Origin: a virus
Lineage: Duplodnaviria; Caudoviricetes
Length of the DNA stretch: 55,186 nt
Virus record (IMG/VR): IMGVR_UViG_3300030099_006009
Coordinates: 1 to 55,186 of that record
Reading direction: 5' to 3' (one strand)
Of this stretch, positions 45,218-54,694 are shown piece after piece. Both the position numbers and the translations under genes were made by a program. A model generated the notes under the pieces. It searched no databases. It worked only from the letters and a program-made list of their open reading frames with translations, and was not told the origin of the DNA. Positions within the stretch are counted from its first letter, which is position 1; every line of letters begins with the position of its first letter.

Positions 45218-47947
45218 TTAGAAATTAACAGAAAGTCCTAAGTTAAAATGTCTTGGTGTTCCCAAGAATACTTCGGCATTATGAGCAAGGTGAAGTTTAT
45301 CACCGTAGCCATTGTACTTACTGTTATCAACAGCATCTTGAACATATACATCGTCAAGTGCATTAAATACATGACCTGAAAGTGTCATGTTCAAACCAGC
45401 AATTTCTGGTAGTTTATAAGATAGATGTAAATCTAACTTACCATAAGATGGAGATTTCCATACTTGTGCTCTATCAGCATCACCGTCAACCTCACGAGAA
45501 TCAGGACTCCAATCAGCATAGTGATTATCATACCACCTGTAAAGACCTTGTACTCTTAATCCATCGATAGGTTTAACAGTTAATCCACCAACATAAGAAG
45601 TTTGTGGCATGTCTCCAACTTTGAGATTATTAAGAGCATATTCATACTCTGTAGAAGTCTGACCTATAATCTGACCTTCTTCATTGTATTCCATCTCTTG
45701 ATAATCACCTTTGGCGTCCCCATCAAAATACCAATCACCTATACTCACAGCTACATCTAAATCAACCATCTCGTGAAGAGCAATCTTAGATTCGACCTCT
45801 ACACCAGAGTGTGATTGATTTACACCTGTAAGATAAATGATGTCTGTATCGCCAGAATCACCTTGACCTGTGGTTACAGATTTAGTAAGGTTTCTATCAT
45901 TCCATTTGGTATTATAATAACTACCTTTGATAGCAACCGATTCACTTCTGTATTCCCCACCGATTTCAGTAGATGTAAATTTCTCATTATCAGGATCCGT
46001 TGAAACAGTTCCATCATAAGCAATTACATTATCTAAAATGGGTGGTTTTTGGACATATCCAACATTAGCAAATGCTGAAAGCCTGTCGTCAAGATTATAT
46101 CTACCACCACCTTTTACTTGGAAAGTAGTAATAGCATCGGCTTTTACAAGTTCTTTCTCAACAGAGAAATGGTCTTTGTAAGTATATCCAATGGTTGAAA
46201 TACCACCCATACCATAAAGATTAATCTTCTCTGTATCGTACTGTCCTTGTAAAAAAGCACCAAACCAATCAACTGTGGTATTGTTGTGATAAGCAATAAT
46301 ATCACCCAATCCAACTTTCTTACCGTCAGCATAATTGTCATCAGCATAGTCTACATAGTAGTCTCCACCAAGTAAGTCACGAACTTCTCTAGCATGTTCG
46401 ATACCAGCAGTTCTCCAATCAATACCAATCTGAACTTCAAGTTCGTCTGATACATCATAGTTTAACTTTGAAATCAAACCATAAGTATCTTGTCTATTGA
46501 TTGAGTTTCTAAGGATACCAGTGGAGCGGTTTTCGGTTTCTGACCATGCTGAATCTACATTAGTAGAGTTTTCTGCAATCTCGCCATCCCAATCCCATCT
46601 CCAAGGTGAACTCGCCCACCATTGATTACCTTCAACAGCAGGAAGTCTTTTTACACTTCCATAAGTTCCTGTACCACCACCAGAACCACCTGACCAATAA
46701 AGAACAGATGATAATCTAACATCTTCATTGATATCATAAAAATGATTTAGGTTTACAAGTGGTTTGTGAAAGAAGTTCTCTCTCTCGTTCAAAAGAGTAG
46801 GACTGTATCTATCCACAATGTTTGCACCATACATATACCAATATTGTTTTCCCTTATAGTCTGAACTAACGGGAGCCCAATTTTGGTTAAAGAACCTACC
46901 AGCTTCATGTTGAAACTTTTCACCTTCCGCAAAAGCAGTGACATCATATCCATCAATATCACCTGCTAACTCTTGTGAATAAGTAGCTATGTTCTGTTTG
47001 TATAGGTTCTGACCATGACGCTGTGGAGCACCAATGGCATACAACTCGAATCTTTGGTCATCACTTACCGCATAAGATGTACCAAGATAATAAGCCCAAG
47101 CGTCTGTCCATGTTCCGTCTATAAAACCATCACCGGTTTTACGAACAATCGTTCCACTTACTGCCAGTTTATCATTGATTAGACCTGAGTTATAATTCAA
47201 GGTAGATTTTAGAAATCCACCCTCACCGACTTCCTGTTTGAACTTTCCACCCTTTTCTTGGGCAGCAGGATCGGTGATTATATTCATAGTTCCACCAATA
47301 GATGGTGTTGCTAGATTTACGGCTGATAGACCTCTTTGCATCTGAATTGAAGAAGTGGCATCACCCACTCCATCCCAATTAGACCAATAAACCCATCCGT
47401 TCTCCATGTCATTTTGGGGAACACCGTTTATCATTACTGCAACGTTTCTCTGATTGAATCCACGAACATTGATACGGGCATCTCCCGCACCACCACCTTG
47501 TTGTGTAGCATAAACACTTGGTGTCGTATTAAGAATCATTGGTATGTCTTGTGAACCAAGACGAACTTCCATTTCCTCTTTACTGACATTAGTGTAAGCT
47601 ACAGGTGTTGTTTCATCTGCACGAGAAGCAAGAACTTCAAGTGCTGTGAGAGCAACAACATCAGTTTCTAAGTCGAAACTAACACTCCCAACTATGTCCC
47701 CAACCCTTACACTTTTGGTTTGGGATACATAACCGATGTATGAAGCAGTAAGATCGAAAGTACCTGTACCCGTCTCTATGACGAACTTACCCTCAGCGTC
47801 TGTTACGCCACCGAGTTCAGTACCTTCTATAACTACGTTTGCTCCAACAAGTGGTTCTTCTCCGTTTCCAACAAAACCAGTTACGGCTTGTCCAAAGACA
47901 AGACCAACTGACATCATCAGAACAGAGATAAGATTACGATAATTCAT
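45218..47947 (-). CDS. TonB-dependent receptor with N-terminal carboxypeptidase-regulatory-like domain
   Basis: Signal peptide MNYRNL..VFG; EPLVGANV..TDAEGKF..SYIGY; plug INVRGF..VMINGVP..QMQRG..GGTMNIIT; C-terminal PRHFNLGLSVNF; AGGAG RBS supports the start at 47947. Confidence 0.93.
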   Translation of the reverse strand: MNYRNLISVLMMSVGLVFGQAVTGFVGNGEEPLVGANVVIEGTELGGVTDAEGKFVIETGTGTFDLTASYIGYVSQTKSVRVGDIVGSVSFDLETDVVALTALEVLASRADETTPVAYTNVSKEEMEVRLGSQDIPMILNTTPSVYATQQGGGAGDARINVRGFNQRNVAVMINGVPQNDMENGWVYWSNWDGVGDATSSIQMQRGLSAVNLATPSIGGTMNIITDPAAQEKGGKFKQEVGEGGFLKSTLNYNSGLINDKLAVSGTIVRKTGDGFIDGTWTDAWAYYLGTSYAVSDDQRFELYAIGAPQRHGQNLYKQNIATYSQELAGDIDGYDVTAFAEGEKFQHEAGRFFNQNWAPVSSDYKGKQYWYMYGANIVDRYSPTLLNERENFFHKPLVNLNHFYDINEDVRLSSVLYWSGGSGGGTGTYGSVKRLPAVEGNQWWASSPWRWDWDGEIAENSTNVDSAWSETENRSTGILRNSINRQDTYGLISKLNYDVSDELEVQIGIDWRTAGIEHAREVRDLLGGDYYVDYADDNYADGKKVGLGDIIAYHNNTTVDWFGAFLQGQYDTEKINLYGMGGISTIGYTYKDHFSVEKELVKADAITTFQVKGGGRYNLDDRLSAFANVGYVQKPPILDNVIAYDGTVSTDPDNEKFTSTEIGGEYRSESVAIKGSYYNTKWNDRNLTKSVTTGQGDSGDTDIIYLTGVNQSHSGVEVESKIALHEMVDLDVAVSIGDWYFDGDAKGDYQEMEYNEEGQIIGQTSTEYEYALNNLKVGDMPQTSYVGGLTVKPIDGLRVQGLYRWYDNHYADWSPDSREVDGDADRAQVWKSPSYGKLDLHLSYKLPEIAGLNMTLSGHVFNALDDVYVQDAVDNSKYNGYGDKLHLAHNAEVFLGTPRHFNLGLSVNF

Positions 47948-47976
47948 AATCTGTCTCCTAGCTTTGTTATTGTTAA

Positions 47977-48012
47977 GACACATTTTTAATCACAGGTGTG
48001 TCGTCTGCCTGT
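47977..48012 (-). promoter_or_regulatory. Predicted H-type RNA pseudoknot in the TonB-receptor leader
   Basis: ACAGG-CAGAC-GACACA-CCUGU-GAUUAAAAA-UGUGUC: 5-bp and 6-bp Watson-Crick stems. Confidence 0.55.
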
Positions 48013-48022
48013 CCGCATTTCA

Positions 48023-50035
48023 TTAGTTGGCATAATCCTGGTCATCATTATCACCATGCATTGGTGGAATTTCACAACTATCGTTGTTACAGAACTTATC
48101 GACATCAGCCTCTTCATTCTTTATCACACCAAATGATAACTTACCAAGTTTTGCAACTTCTTTGTTGTAAGTTTCTTCGTCAATCGCTTCATAAGGCATT
48201 TGTGGATATGCTCCCCAATCATGTCTCGGTAATAAACTAATACCCTTTAGATGATACTGATAATAGTTTAAACAAGGAGCAATCTGATTTGCCTCTGTTT
48301 CAGGATTAAATGTAACCGTACAACTTACTTGGTTGTCAGCCCAATGTCGTTGTAAAAACGCAGCAAGTGAGAATTGTTCCCAAATGGAGAGTTCGGAAGC
48401 AGTTCTGATTCCCTCTCCTACATCTACGGGCACATCGACAACCATAGTAGTTTCTTCAGAACCAAAAGCTGGTTCTAACTTATATCCAGCTTTCTCCAAT
48501 GGTTCTAATAATTCTGAGTGTTTTGATAACCTTATTCTTCTTATGTAAAATCTTGATTCAGGATAGTGAAGTCCTGGTGTAGCACCAGCAAGTAATGATA
48601 CAGTTCCACTTGGTTTAACTGAAGTGGTTTTGATACTTCTTGGAACTGCCATCCAATCTGAATATTGTTTATCCCATTGTTGGATAACATCGTACCCATC
48701 GTTTAACCACTCCTTAAACTCATCTAATCCTCTGTTGGTAACAAACTGAGCAACACCACTCACAGAACAACCTATTCTTCTATTTCTTAACATCACTCTG
48801 TTTGTATCACTCCAATGAGTTCTACCAAGTGTTACTGTTTTGGCATATAGATAAGCATACTTAAGAGTTTTCGCATAGTCTTCGAAATCATCGTGGTTGT
48901 TAGGAAATGTTTCCACTAAACAACACAACTCGTATGACTCTAAGGTTTGTTCCAAACAAGGATTACCACCCATAGCACGATGGTCTTTATTATCTCCACC
49001 ATTTTTCATACGAGAATACTTTCTCATATTATCTAACCAAGCAAAGCCAGGCTCACCATTATCCACGATTCGTTTGGCAGCCTCTGTATAATCCATACCC
49101 AACTCTGCGAATATACTATTATTACTTGTCCATCCATATGTTTCTCTATGTGGGTTTACTTTATAATTCTTTAAATCTAAATATTCTTCTGAGTGTGAAT
49201 TACCAAAGACAATTTCAGCAGTTCTTCTTACGTTACCAGCCACAACACATTTTCCGATAAGATTCATAATGTCAACTATTGTCGTGATAGTGATTGGTTC
49301 TCCACTATTTTTTTCTAATACCTTTCTAATGTCTTCATGTACTTCTTCTAATGGTTCATGTCCACTTGATACACCACCAAAACCACTTATTGGTTCTCCT
49401 GCTGGTCTTATCTTTGTGTAATCAAACTCTATTGGAGCTTGTCCGTGAAAGTAACTTTCTAATAGTAGTCTTAAAGATTCAACCCAACCCTCACGAGTAT
49501 CAGGTATTTCGTATACTTGTTCTTCTCTATTTTCTTGTATACCTTTAACTACTATCTCCCCAGCACCTTTTGTATCAAACCCCACACCGACACCTAACAT
49601 ACTCGCATCCATAAGGAAACAGAAAGGTTTAGCATAGTCTTCTTTTAGTGTTTTGGTTGATACGAAGGCACAATTGTTTAGGGCGGCATATAAACCCTTT
49701 TTCTCTGTGATAGGTGTTCCCATAGCCCACAGACCGCGTCCAGGCGGCAAAAACTTCATATTGAAAATTCGGTCATACATATCTTGAGCCGACTTTTGAG
49801 CTTGCCACGCATTCCACCCTAATTGATGTGATTCAATCCAATTCATTTGCATATTGTAAGTCCCCTCTACAACACGCTGTACGGTTTCCCACCATCTTTC
49901 ATTTTTACCATTATCTTTGATTCTTGAGTAAGTTCTCATATAAACTAATTCACCCAAACCATTGAAACCAAACGGAGCTTTTTTTCTTTTGTATTTGCTT
50001 ATAAAGTTCTCCGATAAAACAAACTTTTTACTCAT
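48023..50035 (-). CDS. nrdJ: Class II (adenosylcobalamin-dependent) ribonucleotide reductase, monomeric type
   Basis: PPGRGLW, LNNC, GNVRRTA, NPCLEQ, TSVKPSGT, C-terminal FCNNDSC; no beta subunit nearby. Confidence 0.93.
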   Translation of the reverse strand: MSKKFVLSENFISKYKRKKAPFGFNGLGELVYMRTYSRIKDNGKNERWWETVQRVVEGTYNMQMNWIESHQLGWNAWQAQKSAQDMYDRIFNMKFLPPGRGLWAMGTPITEKKGLYAALNNCAFVSTKTLKEDYAKPFCFLMDASMLGVGVGFDTKGAGEIVVKGIQENREEQVYEIPDTREGWVESLRLLLESYFHGQAPIEFDYTKIRPAGEPISGFGGVSSGHEPLEEVHEDIRKVLEKNSGEPITITTIVDIMNLIGKCVVAGNVRRTAEIVFGNSHSEEYLDLKNYKVNPHRETYGWTSNNSIFAELGMDYTEAAKRIVDNGEPGFAWLDNMRKYSRMKNGGDNKDHRAMGGNPCLEQTLESYELCCLVETFPNNHDDFEDYAKTLKYAYLYAKTVTLGRTHWSDTNRVMLRNRRIGCSVSGVAQFVTNRGLDEFKEWLNDGYDVIQQWDKQYSDWMAVPRSIKTTSVKPSGTVSLLAGATPGLHYPESRFYIRRIRLSKHSELLEPLEKAGYKLEPAFGSEETTMVVDVPVDVGEGIRTASELSIWEQFSLAAFLQRHWADNQVSCTVTFNPETEANQIAPCLNYYQYHLKGISLLPRHDWGAYPQMPYEAIDEETYNKEVAKLGKLSFGVIKNEEADVDKFCNNDSCEIPPMHGDNDDQDYAN

Positions 50036-50095
50036 AGACTTTCCTTATGTTAACATCTTTGTGTGGACACATTCATAAATATTAAGAACAATCTT

Positions 50096-51172
50096 TTAAT
50101 TCTTCTTAAATACAAAAATCGGTTCATATTTATATCCCGCACCCATCACACTTGATAATGTTAGTTGTAGTGTATCATTTTGAACAAACCCAAGTTCCTT
50201 TGCTATTCTCTGAGTCTCTTCCTCTATGAACTTATACTTTGGTGTATTAGCAATATTGATTAACATATATTTACCACCCTTTAAACCTCTGTAGCAGTTC
50301 TCTATTGTTTTTCTTAAAAAACCATTTACCCACTCTTGCTTTGTCGGAAACTTTATGTAACTTTGTGTATCCTCGTCACTATACTTCTCTGTATCAAAAT
50401 AAGGAGGCGATGTAAAACATAAATCCAAAGAATTTCTATCTGGTATAAACTCTTCACTTCCTAATTTATGTAATTCTACTGACTTTTTCAAGTAAAAAAA
50501 ATCTTTTTTTATTTTTTGCAATCCCTCGAATGTCAAACTCGATGGTTCTGTACCAATGTACTTTTTTCGTGAACTTGCCAGAAAACCTATGAGTCTTCCA
50601 CCCCATCCACACGACATATCCCAAATATTATCACCACCAAACTTCTCATATATCAGTTTAGCAGCAGTTGGTCTAAAATTACTGACAGATTGTGTACCTG
50701 TGTATATCTTTATGGATTGTCTGAGTCTATTTTCTTTAAAAGTGTTTTTTTCCATACCCTCTTCACCTTTAAAATGTGTCGTATTCCACTTCCAACACTT
50801 ACGAATTGTCTTTTTGAATTTTTCATCGTCATTATAGATGTCCATAGGTGACATTTTAGCACCACCACATTTAACTTCCCAAAAATGTGGAAAGTATGTC
50901 CAAGCTAACCTCAAACAATGCATTGTCTGAACTATCTTATCCTCATCTAATATGGTATCAATATTAAACTTCTGTAACTTTCTCATATGGTCGTGTTTTT
51001 CTTCTTCGCGAATTGTGTAGTGGGGAAACCCATGTCTTCTGTAGTAATCAAAGACAACTTCTATCCCATACTCAATATCAACATTACGAATATCGTTTAC
51101 AACTCTATCAAACTCAACATCTCGTTCATCATATCCAAAGACATTTGTTAATATATCGGGATTACTATTCAC
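50096..51172 (-). CDS. DNA amino-methyltransferase (m4C/m6A)
   Basis: DMSCGWGGR (SAM motif) and FTSPPYF (catalytic). Confidence 0.88.
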   Translation of the reverse strand: MNSNPDILTNVFGYDERDVEFDRVVNDIRNVDIEYGIEVVFDYYRRHGFPHYTIREEEKHDHMRKLQKFNIDTILDEDKIVQTMHCLRLAWTYFPHFWEVKCGGAKMSPMDIYNDDEKFKKTIRKCWKWNTTHFKGEEGMEKNTFKENRLRQSIKIYTGTQSVSNFRPTAAKLIYEKFGGDNIWDMSCGWGGRLIGFLASSRKKYIGTEPSSLTFEGLQKIKKDFFYLKKSVELHKLGSEEFIPDRNSLDLCFTSPPYFDTEKYSDEDTQSYIKFPTKQEWVNGFLRKTIENCYRGLKGGKYMLINIANTPKYKFIEEETQRIAKELGFVQNDTLQLTLSSVMGAGYKYEPIFVFKKN

Positions 51173-52526
51173 TCATTAAATCCTCATAACGAGCAGACAA
51201 CATTTGTTTAGTTTGGTTGTCTCTATTGTTGATTCTATGTTGAACATCTTTACCTTGAACTGAATTACTCTCAAAAATCTCAATCTTACCGATGTTTGTG
51301 TTGATTCTTGCTGGATAAGTTAATCCATCAGGACCAAATCTGTTCTTTATCACATGAAATCTACCAGTATTACCTATCTTATCTTCTATCTTACGACTTA
51401 ACGACATTACGAAGTCTGCTGTCATCACTTTCGCATAAGATTCAGCAACTTTAGTTGCCTCAATCACATCCTCATCCAATGCACTTCTGTTTGCCTGTGA
51501 TGCTGTCCATATTGGAACTTGTAATTCACCAGCCAAACCTCGTAAGTCCTCATAGATGTTACCAAGAGCATGTCTCATCTCACTTGACTTGTGAACATCT
51601 CTCATGATGTCAGCATAATCTACTAAAACCATATCTACTTTATCACCAAATGTAACCACTTTTTTCAGATGAGCGGAAAGAGTATTAACAGTACAAGATT
51701 TGGTTGGATAGTATTTGATAGTCAAGTTACCTTTTAGATTGAACAGTTTTTCCATCACTTCTTCTTTATGATATTTTAGGTTCTGACTTTCCACACCACT
51801 AAAAATACTATCATATCTTAATCCAACATAAGCCTCGTTTAACTCCAAAGTATAATGAACTACATTTAGTCCTTGTGATAAAGCATAAGCACCCATAGCA
51901 CTTAACACCCAAGACTTACCAATACCAGCAGGTGCCACAACAACACCAAGTTCTCCACCACCTAAACCACCTTGCATCAACTCGTTCATAATATCCCAAG
52001 GTGTTGGTGATGTCACACGAGCAGACTCCTCGTATCTTTGCTCTATATCTTGTAAGTAGTCGTGTCCTAAGTTTCTCTCAACACCAGCTTGCATAGCAGA
52101 GTCGATAAGGGATTTTATTTCATCAGTATTACCATCAACCTCTAATATCTTAGCAGATTGGATAACAGCATCTTTTAAAACTTGTGTTTTGTGGAAGTCT
52201 AATGCCTTATCTTTGATATATTCCAAGTCTTCGGCTTCCATATGTTTGTAGACTTCTTTCAAAGAGTCCTTTACATTTACTTGTAGTAAATCCGAATCAA
52301 TATCTTTTATCTTTATCTTAAATACTTCCATCGTGATGTTTGTTTTGTATTCTTGATAATACTCACGAATAGCTTTTACAATCCACTTGAAACCATCATT
52401 AGTTATATACTTCTCATCTAAGATGTCTACAATTTGCTCTAAAAAAAGTTTATCACTAATTAAACATACGACAAACTTTACTTGAAAATTATATCCAAAC
52501 TCTGATATGTTTTTTGTCTTACTCAT
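51165..52526 (-). CDS. Replicative DnaB-like helicase (T4 gp41-like)
   Basis: APAGIGKS, TLEL, VDYAD, TASQANR, KNRFG; start at MSKTKN (ATGA overlap). Confidence 0.95.
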   Translation of the reverse strand: MSKTKNISEFGYNFQVKFVVCLISDKLFLEQIVDILDEKYITNDGFKWIVKAIREYYQEYKTNITMEVFKIKIKDIDSDLLQVNVKDSLKEVYKHMEAEDLEYIKDKALDFHKTQVLKDAVIQSAKILEVDGNTDEIKSLIDSAMQAGVERNLGHDYLQDIEQRYEESARVTSPTPWDIMNELMQGGLGGGELGVVVAPAGIGKSWVLSAMGAYALSQGLNVVHYTLELNEAYVGLRYDSIFSGVESQNLKYHKEEVMEKLFNLKGNLTIKYYPTKSCTVNTLSAHLKKVVTFGDKVDMVLVDYADIMRDVHKSSEMRHALGNIYEDLRGLAGELQVPIWTASQANRSALDEDVIEATKVAESYAKVMTADFVMSLSRKIEDKIGNTGRFHVIKNRFGPDGLTYPARINTNIGKIEIFESNSVQGKDVQHRINNRDNQTKQMLSARYEDLMSE

Positions 52527-53547
52527 TTTTTGTTCTTCCAATAGTGGTCAAGAATATTAAACTCTGTTAACCAGTTGTCAAAATTAGGTATTTGTCCCCA
52601 TAATTTATCCTTTACGAACAAAGTTTGCAACTGATATTTTACTAATTTTGGCGCCATTCCTCTGACCGAATCTCCGATTTTTAGTTTTGTCTGATTTTTG
52701 ATATCAGGATCTCCCAACTGCATTAGAAGATAGTTCCTCTTTATTATCAACTCATTATCTTGTATCATCTTTGATATTCTTGTGTTTCGTGATTTCGCCA
52801 TGTCTATAAGGTCTTTGGTATTAAACTCCCTATCCTCTACTAAAAGTGGGAACTCTTTTATTAAGGTTTTAACACCTATACCTCTAACACCAGGTATATC
52901 ATCTGATTTATCACCATCCACCACTCTACAAGTTAATACATTTTGCGGGTAAACTCCAAACTCTTTTTTTACTAATTCTCTATCATATAATATTTTTTTA
53001 GTAGGTGAATAAAGTTTCACCCTATCATCCACCAACTGATAGAAGTCTTTATCAGCTGACATAATCGTAAACTTACTATCTTTAAGAACAACACTTGGGA
53101 TATAACCGTTAGTGGAAGACATTCCAAATACTCAACAAGTCTCTTAAGTTGGAGAGCCATACTTTCTCGTTCATCATGAGGACCTCCACCCCAATCGACA
53201 AGACGATTCAAACGACTTCTAATCTTACGACCAGCTTTATATTGTGGATATATTTTTTGTCGTGGTTTGGAAGAGTTCTTACCGTCAAATACAATAATAC
53301 AACGAGTAGGTTTAAACTTGTTAATTGTATATCTTATCGATTTTAAAAACCCAACCAAACCACCAACATGAGCACCATCTTCGTTTAAGGAAGGATTGAC
53401 GCTGAAACTACGAATAAATGTATTGAAACCATCGACCAATAGAACATGATCGTTTAAGTTTTTAGTTTCAGGATTTACGTCAATCTCATCCTTAAATTCA
53501 TAGAATCTTTTATTTAATAGATTCTTATTGGCACTACCCATCGGCAA
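52523..53547 (-). pseudogene. T4 RNase H / 5'-3' flap exonuclease, split into two frames by an internal deletion (real or assembly artefact)
   Basis: N-half VDGFN, VFDG, YKAGR; C-half SADKDF, GDKSDDIPGVRGIG; the EADD motif is missing at the junction 53098-53107. Confidence 0.8.
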
Positions 53548-54631
53548 ACTCTTCGTCTGTAGTTACATCATCAATACCAAGTTGAGCAGAGTCATACTTT
53601 AGTATCAACTTTTCACAGATAGAGTCGTAGATGTATTCTTGAGTTTCTACATCAGATATAAGAGCACCGAAGTCTTTAGATTGGAACTTATGTTCTTCTC
53701 CATTTTGGTCAACGAAAGTATACCAAGCACCAGCTTGTTTTACTAACTTGTGGTCTTTCATTACAGTTAACCAACTCCCATAATCATCAATACCTTTATC
53801 AAAGAAAAGTGGAAACTCAGCACTTCTCAAAGGTGGACCTAATCGGTTCTTGATTACTTGAGCTCTTATTTTAATACCAATAGTATCTTTTTTGGTATCT
53901 TTGATTTGTCCCATATTCTTTAATCGAATACGAGTCGAGGCATGAAAAGGAAGAGCCTTACCACCAGAAGTAGTCCAAGGATCTCCAAACATCACACCTA
54001 ATTTTTGTCTTAACTGATTGGTAAAGATTAAACAAACTTTTTGACGAGCAATCATTTGAGTAATCTTTCTCATAGCTTTAGACAGAACGATGGCTTTACT
54101 TGTAGCCCAACCATCCTTGTCGAAGTCGGCATCCATCTCCACTTTGGTTGAAGCAGCAGCCAAACTATCGACTAATATTGTAACCAGTTTATCTTTACTT
54201 GATTCACGAATCTTTGTAACTATTGTTTCGATTGTATCAAATATATCCTCAATTGTTTCTAAGTGGACATATAACATACTATCAGTATTCACACCAATAG
54301 CCTGTAAGAACTCACTTGAAACAGCAGACTCGGTATCAATATAAACTGCAAGACCATCTTTTCTTTGGGTAGAAGCAAGAGCGTGAGCACCAATAAGTGA
54401 TTTACCACTTCCCTCTAATCCATTGATTTCTGTAATCCTTCCAGCAGCTAAACCACCGTGTGGTCTATTTGATATTGCCAAATCTAACAAGGTTGAACCT
54501 GTGCCAACCCAATCTGTTACATCGGTTGGAGTTTCTTGAACACCATCCAAGAAGTAAGCAACTTGGTTTGACTTGAATTGTTTGTTTAGTTCCCCAGCAA
54601 TTATATCCGCTAATTCATCTCTATTAGACAT
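53534..54631 (-). CDS. recA: RecA/UvsX recombinase
   Basis: TGS..LD, GLEGSGKS, IDTE, VDSLAA, NQLR, TSGGKALPF, KNR. Confidence 0.95.
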   Translation of the reverse strand: MSNRDELADIIAGELNKQFKSNQVAYFLDGVQETPTDVTDWVGTGSTLLDLAISNRPHGGLAAGRITEINGLEGSGKSLIGAHALASTQRKDGLAVYIDTESAVSSEFLQAIGVNTDSMLYVHLETIEDIFDTIETIVTKIRESSKDKLVTILVDSLAAASTKVEMDADFDKDGWATSKAIVLSKAMRKITQMIARQKVCLIFTNQLRQKLGVMFGDPWTTSGGKALPFHASTRIRLKNMGQIKDTKKDTIGIKIRAQVIKNRLGPPLRSAEFPLFFDKGIDDYGSWLTVMKDHKLVKQAGAWYTFVDQNGEEHKFQSKDFGALISDVETQEYIYDSICEKLILKYDSAQLGIDDVTTDEEFADG

Positions 54632-54634
54632 TTA

Positions 54635-54683
54635 TTTCTCCTAAAAATTGGGTGAGCCGGAAAAGGAGGAAACCAGCTCACCC
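54635..54683 (-). promoter_or_regulatory. 11-bp GC-rich hairpin with anti-SD loop next to the recA RBS (terminator and/or translational switch)
   Basis: GGGUGAGCUGG/CCGGCUCACCC stem, loop UUUCCUCCUUUU, then AAUUUUU-AGGAGAAA-UAA-AUG. Confidence 0.65.
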
Positions 54684-54694
54684 CACCGCACGGT

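Noticed and set aside
47948-48022. Canonical cobalamin riboswitch upstream of the TBDR
   Set aside because: The spacer is only ~75 nt and lacks the conserved B12-box and GGGAA elements.
47983-48025. Stop-codon readthrough fusing nrdJ to the TBDR (same frame, pseudoknot just downstream)
   Set aside because: Three in-frame stops intervene (TAA TGA ... TGA), and the TBDR has its own RBS and signal peptide.
50040-50075. NrdR box upstream of nrdJ
   Set aside because: Poor match to acaCwAtATaTwGtgt; only a tiny TGTGT-CC-ACACA inverted repeat is present.
53017-53122. Programmed frameshift or ribosomal hop in RNase H
   Set aside because: There is no slippery site, and recoding could not restore the missing EADD residues; a deletion explains it better.
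1082-54344. Plus-strand ORFs and nested minus-strand ORFs in the track (e.g. 2991..3446, 12490..12813, 5986..6282)
   Set aside because: They are shadows of well-supported minus-strand genes and have no recognisable motifs.
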